Shown: positions 25,980 through 35,836 of the stretch, in pieces
Layout of the letters: every line of letters starts with the position of its first letter
Numbering within the stretch: the stretch's first letter is position 1
Source: Candidatus Magasanikiibacteriota bacterium
GTDB taxonomy: Bacteria; Patescibacteriota; Patescibacteriia; Magasanikbacterales; UBA922
DNA: 49,025 bases
Direction of reading: 5' to 3'
Assembly: GCA_018651085.1 (NCBI GenBank)
Contig: JABIEQ010000011.1
Span: forward strand, 133,598 to 182,622
The notes under the pieces: generated by a model
Told to the model about the DNA's origin: nothing
Databases searched by the model: none
The model's input: the letters and a program-made list of their open reading frames with translations, nothing else
Translations under genes and position numbers: made by a program

Positions 25980-28900
25980 TCTCCTATAAGTATTTTCCCT
26001 TTCCCGATGACTTCTTCTACTTTTTCTTGAAATGCTTCTGAGTTATCTACTCGAGCTTGTGTTTTTATCATGTTTGATCCAACACGGACGTACACTTCTA
26101 TATCCCCTACAAATTTCTCAAATACCTCTTTAAGGGGATTAGCAAACTCTTTTACTTCTTCTTGAGACAAAAGTAGTGTCACTACTTTCTTTTTTCTTTC
26201 TTTTTTCTTTTTCCTATCCTTTCCTCCTTGTGTTGCCTTCCCTAATTGAACTTGTCTTGCAATTTGTTCAGCATTTTCTTTTGTAAGCGTATACACATTC
26301 TCTACAAATACTTTATTATCTCCAGAGTCTCTTGGTGTTTTTCCGACCACACAAACCACTTTTCTTTCTTCCCAAACAAACTTTGTTTCTTCATATTTTT
26401 TAGGAAAAACAAGTAGTTCAACAGATCCTGATCTATCTTGAAGGGTTACAAACATCATGATAGATCCTTTTTTGGTAATCTTTTTTGTAAGTTTATCAAT
26501 AACTCCTCCAAGAACAATCCATTCATCTCGTGGATGATCTTCTGATTCAATAATTGGGGATACAGCTCCCTCGAGAGCTGTTTCAAATGGTGTAAGAGGA
26601 TGAGAAGATACATAAATACCCAGTAAATCCTTTTCCCAGTTCAATTTTTCTATCATCGTGGCGTCAGGTGAAGACTTCAACGTTACTTTTGAACCAATAT
26701 CAATAGCAGTACCACTAAATAGTGAGCCCTGATTTGTTATGGCATTTTCTTTTAAGTGTCTTAAGAAGTTTAAAATATTTTCTGTATTGTTTAGTAAAAC
26801 TCCTCTATCATATCCAAAAGCATCAAAGGCCCCTACTTTCACAAGACTCTCAACCGATTTTTTATTCATGTCTTTATGCTGTACTCTTTCTAGGATATTT
26901 TCTAAACTCGTGTACTTTCCATGTTCTTTTCTTTCTCTAAAAATCACCTCTGAAATATTTGCTCCCACATTTTTCACGGCATTTAACCCAAAACGGATAC
27001 GTCCGTCTTCTCCTTGTTTACTTACCATGGCAAAGTTTTTAAAACTTTCATTAACATCTGGAGGTAATACTTTAATACCCATACGATTGCACTCGTTTAC
27101 AATGGCAGATACTTTTTCTGAATCACCAAATTCTGATTTTAATACAGACGTCATAAACTGCACAGGGTAATGTGCTTTCATGAATGCTGTTTGATATGCC
27201 ACAATTCCGTAACTCGCTGCATGTGCTTTATTAAATCCGTAGGCAGCAAAGGGTTCAATAGCTCGCCAAAGTTCATTAATAATATCTTGGGGTACTTTTC
27301 CGATTTCTTTACACCCTTTGAAAAACTTTTCTTTTTGTTTTGCCATTTCTTCTGGAATCTTTTTTCCCATGGCTTTTCTAAATTTATCAGCTTCCATCCA
27401 GTTGTATCCAGCAAGCTTCATGGCAGTTAACATGACGTCGTCTTGGTATACCAATAGTCCATATGATGCACTAAGAATCTCTTCTAACCGAGGATCTAGA
27501 TACTTCACGGCTTCTGGATTATATTTTCTATGAATATACTCAGGAATGGCTTCCATAGGCCCTGGTCGATAGAGTGCCACCATAGCCATGATGTCTTCAA
27601 TACGATTGGGTTTAAGCTCTTTTAACCATCTCGTCATCCCTGATCCAGATAATTGGAATACCCCCATGGTTTCTCCTCTTGCAAGCATTTCAAAAACTAA
27701 AGCGTCATCAAGTGGAAGATTATAAATATCTACATCATCTCCTGTTGTTGCTTTTACAATTTCAACCGCGTTTCCTAAAATAGCAAGATTTCTAATACCT
27801 AAAAAATCATTTTTTAATACTCCTGCTGCCTCCACGGTTTTCATCTCAAATTGTGTCACGATCTTATCTCCCCCACTTTCTCGTTGAATTGGCGTAAAAT
27901 CTGTAAGTGGTGTTGGAGAGATCACAACTCCTGCAGCATGAATTGAGGTGTGCCTCGCGCATCCTTCTACGGTTTGAGCAAAATTAAGTAATTTTTTTAC
28001 ATCATCATTGGTCTCATATAATTTTCCCAGATCAGGTTCTTCATCAATTGCTCGTTTTACTGTCATTGGAAAACCCTGCGCTCCTTGAGGAATAAGTTTT
28101 GCAACTTGATCACAAAAACTATACGAAAACCCAAGGGCTCGCCCAACATCTCGGACACTTGCTCGTGCTGCCATTGTTCCAAAAGTAATAATCTGAGCAA
28201 CCCTATCTGCCCCATATTTCTTTGTAACATACTCAATCATTTCTTCACGTCTATCGTCAGCAAAATCCGTATCAATATCGGGAGGACTTGGTCGAAATGG
28301 ATTTAAGAATCGTTCAAACGGCAGTTTAAATCTGAGTGGATCAACGGTAGTAATACCAAGAACAAAAGAAACTAATGATCCAGCCGCAGATCCCCTGGTA
28401 GATTCTACGATTCCGTTTGCTTTTGCATATTCTACGTAGTCTGCAACACAGATAAAATATGGTGAATACCCCTTTGTTTTAATAATATCTAATTCGTAAT
28501 CAATACGTTCACTTACCTCACTTCCCATGTCTGGGTAAAATGAAGGCGCTAATCTATATGATTCATCTCGAAGGTGATCATCAGCGGTTTTTCCTTCAGG
28601 AAGATCAACAGGCGCAAAATGCCAGTTATTTAATTCAATTTCTATATTAATCCTGTCTGCAATTTTTCCTGTATTTTCTATGGCTTCTTTGACATGACGA
28701 AACCTTGAAGCAATATCATCCCCAGTATTAAGGGATCTATCTACATGACGATAATCTTCTCTATTGGTGTACCCCACTTTCCATCCTTTTCCAATACAAA
28801 GCAATATGTCTTGCGCTTCTGCGTGTTCTGGATCAAGGTAATGAACATCTCTTGTTACAACAAGCGGAATTCCTGTATCTTTTGATAATTCAATCAGTTT

Positions 28901-29470
28901 TGTATTTACACTTAGTTGTCCTTCAATCGCTGGATGATCTTGGAGTTCTAAATAAAAATTATCTTGCCCAAATATTTCATTATATTCAAGTGCTACTCTT
29001 TTTGCTTCCTCTATTTTATTTTTTAAAAGCAATTGCTGTATTTCTCCTTCAATTGGACCAGATAAAGCAATAATATTTTTACTATATGTCTTAAGAAGTT
29101 CTTTATCTACCCTTGGTTTTTCATTAAAAAAACCATGAAGATGCCCTTCTGAAGTTATTTTCATCAAATTTCTATATCCATCGTAATTTTCTGCAAGCAA
29201 AATAATATTATAGACGTCCTTATCCTTTTCTGGATCTTTATCATGCATGGATCTTGGAGCCACAAAGGCTTCAAATCCAATAATTGGCTTAATGTCTTGT
29301 TTGAGACACTCCTCATAAAACTTAATAGCTCCGTACATTGACCCATAATCTGTAAGTGTTGCAGCTTTAAATCCACGCTTTTTAAACGCTTTTACGAGGG
29401 GTTTTATCTTTGTTAACCCATTTAAAAGAGAAAAATGAGAATGGACGTGAAGATGGACAAAATCAGACAT
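25976..29470 (-). CDS. dnaE: DNA polymerase III subunit alpha
   Basis: HLHVHS PHP domain, RGSAAGSL, PDIDTDF, HAAGVVIS, YGFNKAHA, OB-fold. Confidence 0.98.
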   Translation of the reverse strand: MSDFVHLHVHSHFSLLNGLTKIKPLVKAFKKRGFKAATLTDYGSMYGAIKFYEECLKQDIKPIIGFEAFVAPRSMHDKDPEKDKDVYNIILLAENYDGYRNLMKITSEGHLHGFFNEKPRVDKELLKTYSKNIIALSGPIEGEIQQLLLKNKIEEAKRVALEYNEIFGQDNFYLELQDHPAIEGQLSVNTKLIELSKDTGIPLVVTRDVHYLDPEHAEAQDILLCIGKGWKVGYTNREDYRHVDRSLNTGDDIASRFRHVKEAIENTGKIADRINIEIELNNWHFAPVDLPEGKTADDHLRDESYRLAPSFYPDMGSEVSERIDYELDIIKTKGYSPYFICVADYVEYAKANGIVESTRGSAAGSLVSFVLGITTVDPLRFKLPFERFLNPFRPSPPDIDTDFADDRREEMIEYVTKKYGADRVAQIITFGTMAARASVRDVGRALGFSYSFCDQVAKLIPQGAQGFPMTVKRAIDEEPDLGKLYETNDDVKKLLNFAQTVEGCARHTSIHAAGVVISPTPLTDFTPIQRESGGDKIVTQFEMKTVEAAGVLKNDFLGIRNLAILGNAVEIVKATTGDDVDIYNLPLDDALVFEMLARGETMGVFQLSGSGMTRWLKELKPNRIEDIMAMVALYRPGPMEAIPEYIHRKYNPEAVKYLDPRLEEILSASYGLLVYQDDVMLTAMKLAGYNWMEADKFRKAMGKKIPEEMAKQKEKFFKGCKEIGKVPQDIINELWRAIEPFAAYGFNKAHAASYGIVAYQTAFMKAHYPVQFMTSVLKSEFGDSEKVSAIVNECNRMGIKVLPPDVNESFKNFAMVSKQGEDGRIRFGLNAVKNVGANISEVIFRERKEHGKYTSLENILERVQHKDMNKKSVESLVKVGAFDAFGYDRGVLLNNTENILNFLRHLKENAITNQGSLFSGTAIDIGSKVTLKSSPDATMIEKLNWEKDLLGIYVSSHPLTPFETALEGAVSPIIESEDHPRDEWIVLGGVIDKLTKKITKKGSIMMFVTLQDRSGSVELLVFPKKYEETKFVWEERKVVCVVGKTPRDSGDNKVFVENVYTLTKENAEQIARQVQLGKATQGGKDRKKKKERKKKVVTLLLSQEEVKEFANPLKEVFEKFVGDIEVYVRVGSNMIKTQARVDNSEAFQEKVEEVIGKGKILIGE

Positions 29471-29618
29471 GTTTAGTGTTTATCTATCTAAGTACCTGAA
29501 GTGTATATGATGCTTGGTTTTGCTGCAACCTTACTATATCTTGACTTTTTTCTCTTTTTGTGGGTATTATGAGATTGGAAGTTGTTCCGTAGGACCCCTA
29601 AAAGAAGGAGAATGGGTC

Positions 29619-30002
29619 ATGAAGAAATTGTTAGGAGTTCTCGCTGTTTTATTTGCCGCCGCCCTCATCATTGGAAGCGCTGTGACAGCCGGCGTGGTGG
29701 CAGGTCAGGTCAAATGCTACTACCACGACGTGGTAGAGCAGAAGACCATCATTAAGGAAGGCCTCTCCCCGAAGATGTGCATCGCGAAGCACCTCTTCTA
29801 CGAAGAGAAGATCGGTGAGTTTCTCAACAAGAAGGACGCCGTCATCAAGGCCCAGAAGGACCTCATTGCTTCACAGCAAGAGATGATTGGTCTTCAAGAG
29901 GGCAAGAACGACTTTGCGAATCGTCTTCGGGATGAAAACCAAAGGCTCATCAAGGCTCAACAAGAGCTTCTTGACCAAAGGACCTTCGGAGATACACCGT
30001 AA
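29619..30002 (+). CDS. Hypothetical exported coiled-coil protein, GC-rich
   Basis: AAGGAG SD then MKKLLGVLAVLFAAALIIG signal/TM; heptad repeats; upstream TTGACT-18-TATTAT promoter at 29541-29570. Confidence 0.7.
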   Translation: MKKLLGVLAVLFAAALIIGSAVTAGVVAGQVKCYYHDVVEQKTIIKEGLSPKMCIAKHLFYEEKIGEFLNKKDAVIKAQKDLIASQQEMIGLQEGKNDFANRLRDENQRLIKAQQELLDQRTFGDTP

Positions 30003-30094
30003 ATGCCCCTAACCGGGCCTGCCGGACATGTGTGTCTTTTCAACCAATCTCCATTGTCAGTGGTCCGGCCTGACACATGAGAATTATATTAAAT

Positions 30095-30121
30095 AAAACA
30101 GCCCCGTTATGGGGCTGTTTT
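30095..30121. terminator. Bidirectional intrinsic terminator
   Basis: AAAACAGCCCC-gttat-GGGGCTGTTTT between convergent genes. Confidence 0.85.
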
Positions 30122-30132
30122 TTTAAGGGATA

Positions 30133-33069
30133 TCATCTAATACCAACGTCTTTAAATTCTATTGAAGCAATTATCTCTTCAAATTCTGATGGAATCGTTT
30201 GTATTTCTAATATATTATCATCTATCTGTATTTCTATCCCTTCATAGGTTATACCTTCTTTTTCTACTCTAAATAACACAGCATTATACTCTCCTATAAT
30301 AAGAGTTGTGCCTTCTTTTCCTCGTAATGTTTCTTTTATAAACACATCAACCCCCTCAAATATTTCTTTTTGAGGATTTTTTATTATTACGTTACCTTTT
30401 TTATGTTCTACCTGGGTCCACGACTGTGGGTAAGAAAATGTTATTCCAAAAAATTCTTCACTACTATATATATTCTTTTTTTCTTGTACTTCCTCTTCCA
30501 AGGCTGTGATTCTTTCTTCAAGAGACCCAACAAGTTGTTGGCGTATTTGTGCAGGGCTTACTTCTTCAATAGGTGTTGGAACTACATACGAAGATCCACA
30601 TCCAGCTCCCACTCCAATAAGACTTGCAGCCATTAGGGCAAATCCAGCGACAATACTTAAATATCGCTTATTTGTCTCCCCTTTTTTAACATTTCTTTTT
30701 TCCACTGATGCAATTCTTTTTTTCGTTGCAATAAGTGCACTGGGATTAAGAGAAACACTGTCAATTCCGGATTGTACTAAAAAATTTGTAAACTCAGGGT
30801 ACTCACTTGAAGCCTCTCCACAAATGCTTACTTTTCTCTTATGCTTATGTGCTACATCTATAATATCTTTTACTAATCCTCTTACAATCTTATTTTTTGT
30901 ATTATAAAACTCTGCAAGGCTCTTTTTACTACGTGCCTCACCCACTATTTCTCTCATTTTAGTGTCTATTCCAATACTAAAACCATCAAACAGCTTTGCA
31001 AAATCTCCTGCCAAAACGGCATTTGAAGGTATTTCACACATGACCGTAACTTTCAGTCCATGATCACCTCTTTTTACCCCATACTTTTCCATCTGTTTAA
31101 GGACTTTTTTTCCTTCTTCTGGTGTTCTACAAAATGGTACCATCAACATGACATTATGTAATCCCCACTGTTCTCGAACTTTTTTAATGGCATCACACTC
31201 TAATTTAAATGCAGGTGTATATTTTTTATTATAATACCTACTTACACCACAAAAAGAAGCCCCTGTTTCTTTCTTTTTATCTTCAAATAATTCTCCACCA
31301 AGGAGTTTTTTATATTCGCTTGCACTCTGATCACTTAGTTGTATAGTTACTTCTTTTGGGTATGTTGCCGCAGCAACCTTTGCAATACCTTCAGCAAGCT
31401 TATCTACTCCGTACTGATTTTTCTTACTATACCCTTTTGTGATTTCTTGTATTTGTTTTTTAATCTTTTTATTCTTAAGTGTGAGATAGTTACTTAACGC
31501 AAGTGGATGCACCTTTACTTCACTTGCTAATATTGATTCCATTTTGATTAGTCCTACTCCATCATGAGGGAGGTCTGAAAGATTAAAAGTATCGGTTGGA
31601 TCTCCAACATTTATCATTATTTTTGTTTGTGTCTTTGGAATATCTTGTATTAAGGTCTTTTTTACCTCGTACGGAAGAAACCCTTCAAAAACACCACTTT
31701 TTTCTCCTAAGCCACCACTCACGGTTATCTTTTTATACTTTTTCAATGTCTTTCTGGCATTCTTTACTCCTACTATTGTAGGAATTCCAAGTCTTCTTCC
31801 TACAAGGGCAGCATGACTTGTTTTTCCTTCCTCTTCCACGATAATTGCTGAGGCTATACGCATCAAAGGCTCCCACTCACGTGTCGTTGTTTTTGTTACT
31901 AGAACATCTTTTGCTTTAAATTTCTTTAGATCTTCCAAGCTGTCGAGTACACATACTTTTCCTGCCCCGATTTTCTGCCCAATCGTTGTCCCATCAAGAA
32001 TTTTCTTTCCAGTCTTTTTTAGAAGATATGTTTCTAAATTGCTTCTTTTTTCTTTTATATCTACTGTTTTTGAACTTGATTGCACAATATATAATGTACC
32101 GGTCTTTCCATCCTTTACCCATGCTATATGTTGTGGTATTTTACATATTTCTTCAATTCTCATTCCCCATTTTGCAAGCGTTATGATATCTCCATTATTG
32201 ATCGAAGATTTTTCTTGTTTTGTTTTTGGTACTACAGCTTTTTTTGTCCCTACATTTTTTCCACAAATACGTTTTGTGTCTTTTTTTGTAATGTTTTTTC
32301 TTATAATGGCTTCTTTTCCTTTTTTTACTCCTTCTTTAAATATATGAAATTGATCAGAGACCATGTTCCCTGTTACTCCATATTCACCAAGTCCGTACGT
32401 TGCATTAATTAACATTACTCCATTCATTCCTAATTCTGTATCTAAAGTAGATATCATGCCATTTGCTCCATTACTCGCATCAATCATTTGTTGTATTCCT
32501 ACAGACAATCCTACTGTCATGTGGTCATACCCCTTTTTTTCTCGATATACTAATGCTCGGTCACTAAATAACGAAGCTATACATCTTTTAACAGCATGAA
32601 GAAGTGCCTTTTCTGTTGTAATATTTAAAAAACTATCTTGCTGACCCGCAAAACTTTCTTTTGGCGTATTCTTTGATGCCACACTTGGACGTATCATTAC
32701 GGCACCGTATCGCTTATGTAATTTTTTGTAGGACTTTATCAATGCTTTTTGTACATTATTTGGAAGATCTTTTTCTAAGATGAGGTTTCTAATATTTTTT
32801 CCAATTTTTTTCAGTTCTACTACATTTCTTATATCAACCTCTTTTAGCATTCCTTTTATCTTTTTGTCTATATTATGTGTTTTCAAAAATTCCCAATATG
32901 CCGTGGTTGTCAGGGCAAATCCGTCTAAGAGGTTCATTTCTTTTTTAGAGACACTTTTATGTAATCTCCCGAAATCAGCATGTTGTTTTCCAACTAAAAA
33001 ATCATCATTTTTCTTGATGTCTTTAAACCAGGCAATATACTGCCCATTTTTTTGTTGTCTTTTTGCCAT
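30133..33069 (-). CDS. Degenerate PEP synthase (PpsA)-like protein fused to TM/lipobox and extracytoplasmic domain
   Basis: SFAGQQDSFLN, GLGE, KTSHAA, MCEIPSN, FDGFSIG, GIDSVSLNP show PpsA ancestry; many catalytic residues replaced; C-terminal about 180 aa starting RYLSIVAGFALMAASLIGVGAGC. Confidence 0.85.
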   Translation of the reverse strand: MAKRQQKNGQYIAWFKDIKKNDDFLVGKQHADFGRLHKSVSKKEMNLLDGFALTTTAYWEFLKTHNIDKKIKGMLKEVDIRNVVELKKIGKNIRNLILEKDLPNNVQKALIKSYKKLHKRYGAVMIRPSVASKNTPKESFAGQQDSFLNITTEKALLHAVKRCIASLFSDRALVYREKKGYDHMTVGLSVGIQQMIDASNGANGMISTLDTELGMNGVMLINATYGLGEYGVTGNMVSDQFHIFKEGVKKGKEAIIRKNITKKDTKRICGKNVGTKKAVVPKTKQEKSSINNGDIITLAKWGMRIEEICKIPQHIAWVKDGKTGTLYIVQSSSKTVDIKEKRSNLETYLLKKTGKKILDGTTIGQKIGAGKVCVLDSLEDLKKFKAKDVLVTKTTTREWEPLMRIASAIIVEEEGKTSHAALVGRRLGIPTIVGVKNARKTLKKYKKITVSGGLGEKSGVFEGFLPYEVKKTLIQDIPKTQTKIMINVGDPTDTFNLSDLPHDGVGLIKMESILASEVKVHPLALSNYLTLKNKKIKKQIQEITKGYSKKNQYGVDKLAEGIAKVAAATYPKEVTIQLSDQSASEYKKLLGGELFEDKKKETGASFCGVSRYYNKKYTPAFKLECDAIKKVREQWGLHNVMLMVPFCRTPEEGKKVLKQMEKYGVKRGDHGLKVTVMCEIPSNAVLAGDFAKLFDGFSIGIDTKMREIVGEARSKKSLAEFYNTKNKIVRGLVKDIIDVAHKHKRKVSICGEASSEYPEFTNFLVQSGIDSVSLNPSALIATKKRIASVEKRNVKKGETNKRYLSIVAGFALMAASLIGVGAGCGSSYVVPTPIEEVSPAQIRQQLVGSLEERITALEEEVQEKKNIYSSEEFFGITFSYPQSWTQVEHKKGNVIIKNPQKEIFEGVDVFIKETLRGKEGTTLIIGEYNAVLFRVEKEGITYEGIEIQIDDNILEIQTIPSEFEEIIASIEFKDVGIR

Positions 33070-33127
33070 AATGCCTTAACAAAGCATACCCCACCCTATT
33101 GAAAGGAGTGTATTAAGTATAGCACAT

Positions 33128-34573
33128 TTACTCTACTTCTCGCACTTCAAGTGTATTTATGTGATTAGATTCTCCGACAGGTTCACCAGCGATAACGACT
33201 ATGGTATCCTTTTTTTTCACAAGACCATTCTTTTTTAGATATATTATTGATTGATCAATAAGTTCTCCTAAAGAATCACAAGGAAGTGCAACAAATGGCA
33301 CTATCCCCCAAGATAAATTTAATTGCTGAGATACTTCTTTACTCCCTGTTGCAACAACAATAGGTAATTCTGGTCTATATCTACTTATACGTCTTCCTGT
33401 TTTTCCAGAAAGAGATGCGGTCAGTATAACCTTAGCTTTCATTTCTTCAGCTGAAATACGAGATAATTTGGTCATGATACTTTCTATATTATCAAGATCT
33501 TCATCTTTTGTTGTTTTGTACAGTGAAAGATTATCGTATTCAGAGTCTTCAGTTTCTTTAATTATGTCTGCCATTGTTTTTACCACCTCTATTGGATACT
33601 TCCCAGTTGCAGTTTCATTTGAAAGCATTAAGGCATCGGCATGATCGATCACAGCGTTTGCAACGTCTGATACTTCTGCCCTTGTTGGTCGTTGATGTTC
33701 TTGCATTGAGTCGAGCATTTGTGTTGCGACAATAACAGGCTTTGCTTTTAGCAATGCAGCGCTAATTAATCTCTTTTGTATAACCGGTACATCTTCTACG
33801 GGCACTTCAACACCAAGATCTCCTCTTGCAACCATGATACCGTCAGCTACATCTAATATATTATCAATATCCTCTACAGCTTCTTTTCTTTCTATTTTTG
33901 CAATGATTTGTATTGGACATTCCCGCGTGATACCAAGTTCTTTTTCTGATTTTGTAATATATACACGTAAATCTTCAATATCTTGTGGTGTAGTTACAAA
34001 AGATAATGCCATCATGTCCACCCCCTCTTGTATTCCAAAATAAGCATCTTTTTTGTCTTTTTCTGTCAATGCTCTTGCTTGTACATTTGAATCCGGTATA
34101 TTTATTCCTTTATGAGCGTGTATTTCTCCTCCAAATACTACTTTTGTTTCTATTTTTGTTCCCGTCACACCTGTAATGACTAATTCTATTGCCCCATCAG
34201 CAATAAATACCCTTTCTCCGCTTTTAACTATGGTATGAAAGTCCTCATAATCTATAGGAATGTCATTATTTTCTTTTTGGTCTATATTGGTATTTAATAT
34301 CACGACATCATCTTTTTGTACCAATACACCATCCTTAGACAGCTCTCCTACTCGTATTTTTGGTCCCTGAAGATCTTGCAATATTGTTATTGGATGCCCT
34401 GTTTTTTTTCTTATATTTTTTACCCGAGCAATTAACTCTCTATGATTTTCGTGTGTCCCATGTGAAAAATTTAACCTTGCAACATTCATTCCTGAATCTA
34501 CCATGGTTTCTATTGTTTCCATTGTTTCTGATGCTGGTCCTAATGTACAAACAATTTTAGTTCTCTTTTCCAT
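33128..34573 (-). CDS. pyk: Pyruvate kinase
   Basis: TKIVCTLGP, ARLNFSHG, DLQGPKIR, AKIE, MVARGDLGVE, ATQMLDSM, PTRAEVSDVANA motifs. Confidence 0.98.
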   Translation of the reverse strand: MEKRTKIVCTLGPASETMETIETMVDSGMNVARLNFSHGTHENHRELIARVKNIRKKTGHPITILQDLQGPKIRVGELSKDGVLVQKDDVVILNTNIDQKENNDIPIDYEDFHTIVKSGERVFIADGAIELVITGVTGTKIETKVVFGGEIHAHKGINIPDSNVQARALTEKDKKDAYFGIQEGVDMMALSFVTTPQDIEDLRVYITKSEKELGITRECPIQIIAKIERKEAVEDIDNILDVADGIMVARGDLGVEVPVEDVPVIQKRLISAALLKAKPVIVATQMLDSMQEHQRPTRAEVSDVANAVIDHADALMLSNETATGKYPIEVVKTMADIIKETEDSEYDNLSLYKTTKDEDLDNIESIMTKLSRISAEEMKAKVILTASLSGKTGRRISRYRPELPIVVATGSKEVSQQLNLSWGIVPFVALPCDSLGELIDQSIIYLKKNGLVKKKDTIVVIAGEPVGESNHINTLEVREVE

Positions 34574-34582
34574 ATTCTTTGA

Positions 34583-34876
34583 TTACGGTGTGTACTGATA
34601 CACTGACAGATCTATGCTATCTTTTTTAATATAAATACCTTCGTCACGCAATTTCTTTTTTTTCTTTTCAGAGCCAAATGCAAACCCACCGACAATACCA
34701 CTACTTCTTACGACACGATGACATGGAGTCTTTTTTGTATCAGGATTTTTATTTAATGCATTTCCAACGGCTCTTGCGGCATTTGGTTTCCCCATTATAT
34801 TTGCAACCTGTCCGTATGTGGCCACTTTTCCTTTTGGAATTTTTTGCACAACACGATAGACGTCATCTTGAAACAT
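34583..34876 (-). CDS. O6-alkylguanine DNA alkyltransferase (MGMT family), single domain
   Basis: IPKGKVATYGQVA, ARAVGNAL, active-site PCHRVV. Confidence 0.9.
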   Translation of the reverse strand: MFQDDVYRVVQKIPKGKVATYGQVANIMGKPNAARAVGNALNKNPDTKKTPCHRVVRSSGIVGGFAFGSEKKKKKLRDEGIYIKKDSIDLSVYQYTP

Positions 34877-34881
34877 ATTTC

Positions 34882-35244
34882 TTAACGCTCTAGTATTTTT
34901 TGTAGTTGCTCACCTTGTTCTGGTGTTAACTTATCAAGTATTCCTTTTACTTGATCAATTTGAATTGGTGAACTTGTTGGCACAATTCCATCGAGATGAA
35001 ATATCTCAGCAGCCTTATCAGTAAGGTATGATGGTAAATATATCACTCCAATTATAAGTGGCACTAATACAACAAGCCAACGCAGATACCCACCTAAAGT
35101 AAGTAGTGTTATCCGTCTTGATATTCGTTTGGTTTGTTTTTGTAATGCTTTGGTTAGTTTAATATTCTCCTTAAGTAACGCTTCAATTTTTTTTTGCCTT
35201 ATATCCATATCATTATTTTTTGTGTTTTGTTCTTCTTGCTCCAT
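34882..35244 (-). CDS. Hypothetical membrane protein
   Basis: Coiled-coil N-terminus plus hydrophobic segment WLVVLVPLIIGVIYLP; tightly packed in operon. Confidence 0.7.
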   Translation of the reverse strand: MEQEEQNTKNNDMDIRQKKIEALLKENIKLTKALQKQTKRISRRITLLTLGGYLRWLVVLVPLIIGVIYLPSYLTDKAAEIFHLDGIVPTSSPIQIDQVKGILDKLTPEQGEQLQKILER

Positions 35245-35250
35245 AATAGT

Positions 35251-35745
35251 TTATATTTTTTTCTTTTTTTGATCTTTCTTTTTAGTTGTATTCTTTTTTC
35301 GTTTTAATGATTGTACCTCTTGTTTAAATCCATCCACATCAGTAAATGCCCTATAAATTGAAGCAAATCTGATGTAAGCAATTTTATCAAATCGACGAAT
35401 ATGTTTCATAACAATATCCCCTAAATCTTTACTTCTCACCTCTCTTTTTTTCCTCTTTTGTATATCTCTTTCTATAGAGCAAATGAGTCTATCAAATTTT
35501 TCTTGTGTATGTGGTCTTTTTACCAAAGATTGTTTAATTCCTCTTTCTAATTTTTCTCTGTTATAGGATTCTCTTACCCCATCATTTTTTACAACCACAA
35601 TATCAAGGAGTTCGGTCTCCTCTTTTGTAGAGAATCGATAATGACATGATTCACACTCTCTTCTCCTTCGTACAGCCATTCCATCTTGCTGCAATCTAGA
35701 ATCTACCACTCGTGTTATCGTTGATCGACAAACTGGACAATGCAT
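35251..35745 (-). CDS. nrdR: Transcriptional repressor NrdR
   Basis: MHCPVC...RVVDSR...RRRRECESC zinc ribbon, ATP cone, AYIRFASIYR. Confidence 0.97.
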   Translation of the reverse strand: MHCPVCRSTITRVVDSRLQQDGMAVRRRRECESCHYRFSTKEETELLDIVVVKNDGVRESYNREKLERGIKQSLVKRPHTQEKFDRLICSIERDIQKRKKREVRSKDLGDIVMKHIRRFDKIAYIRFASIYRAFTDVDGFKQEVQSLKRKKNTTKKKDQKKKKI

Positions 35746-35804
35746 ATCTTTACAATAGGTTGATCATGTTGTATGTAATAGTATAGCACTACTATATTTA
35801 AACA

Positions 35805-35828
35805 CAAAACCCGCTTTCGCGGGCTTTG
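35805..35828 (-). terminator. Terminator after ftsZ
   Basis: Minus strand CAAAGCCCGC-GAAA-GCGGGTTTTG. Confidence 0.75.
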
Positions 35829-35836
35829 ATATTCTC

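Noticed and set aside
25976-29470. Intein or split in dnaE
   Set aside because: Normal length (1164 aa), continuous motifs, no intein termini seen.
30133-33069. ppsA as a simple pseudogene
   Set aside because: No stops or frameshifts across 978 codons and a candidate extended -10 promoter upstream; treated as a pseudoenzyme instead.
33070-33115. Riboswitch in the ppsA-like 5' UTR
   Set aside because: Only two weak hairpins in about 45 nt, no recognisable aptamer motif.
35785-35805. NrdR box upstream of nrdR
   Set aside because: CTACTATATTTA only partly fits the acaCwAtATaTwGtgt consensus and has no tandem partner.
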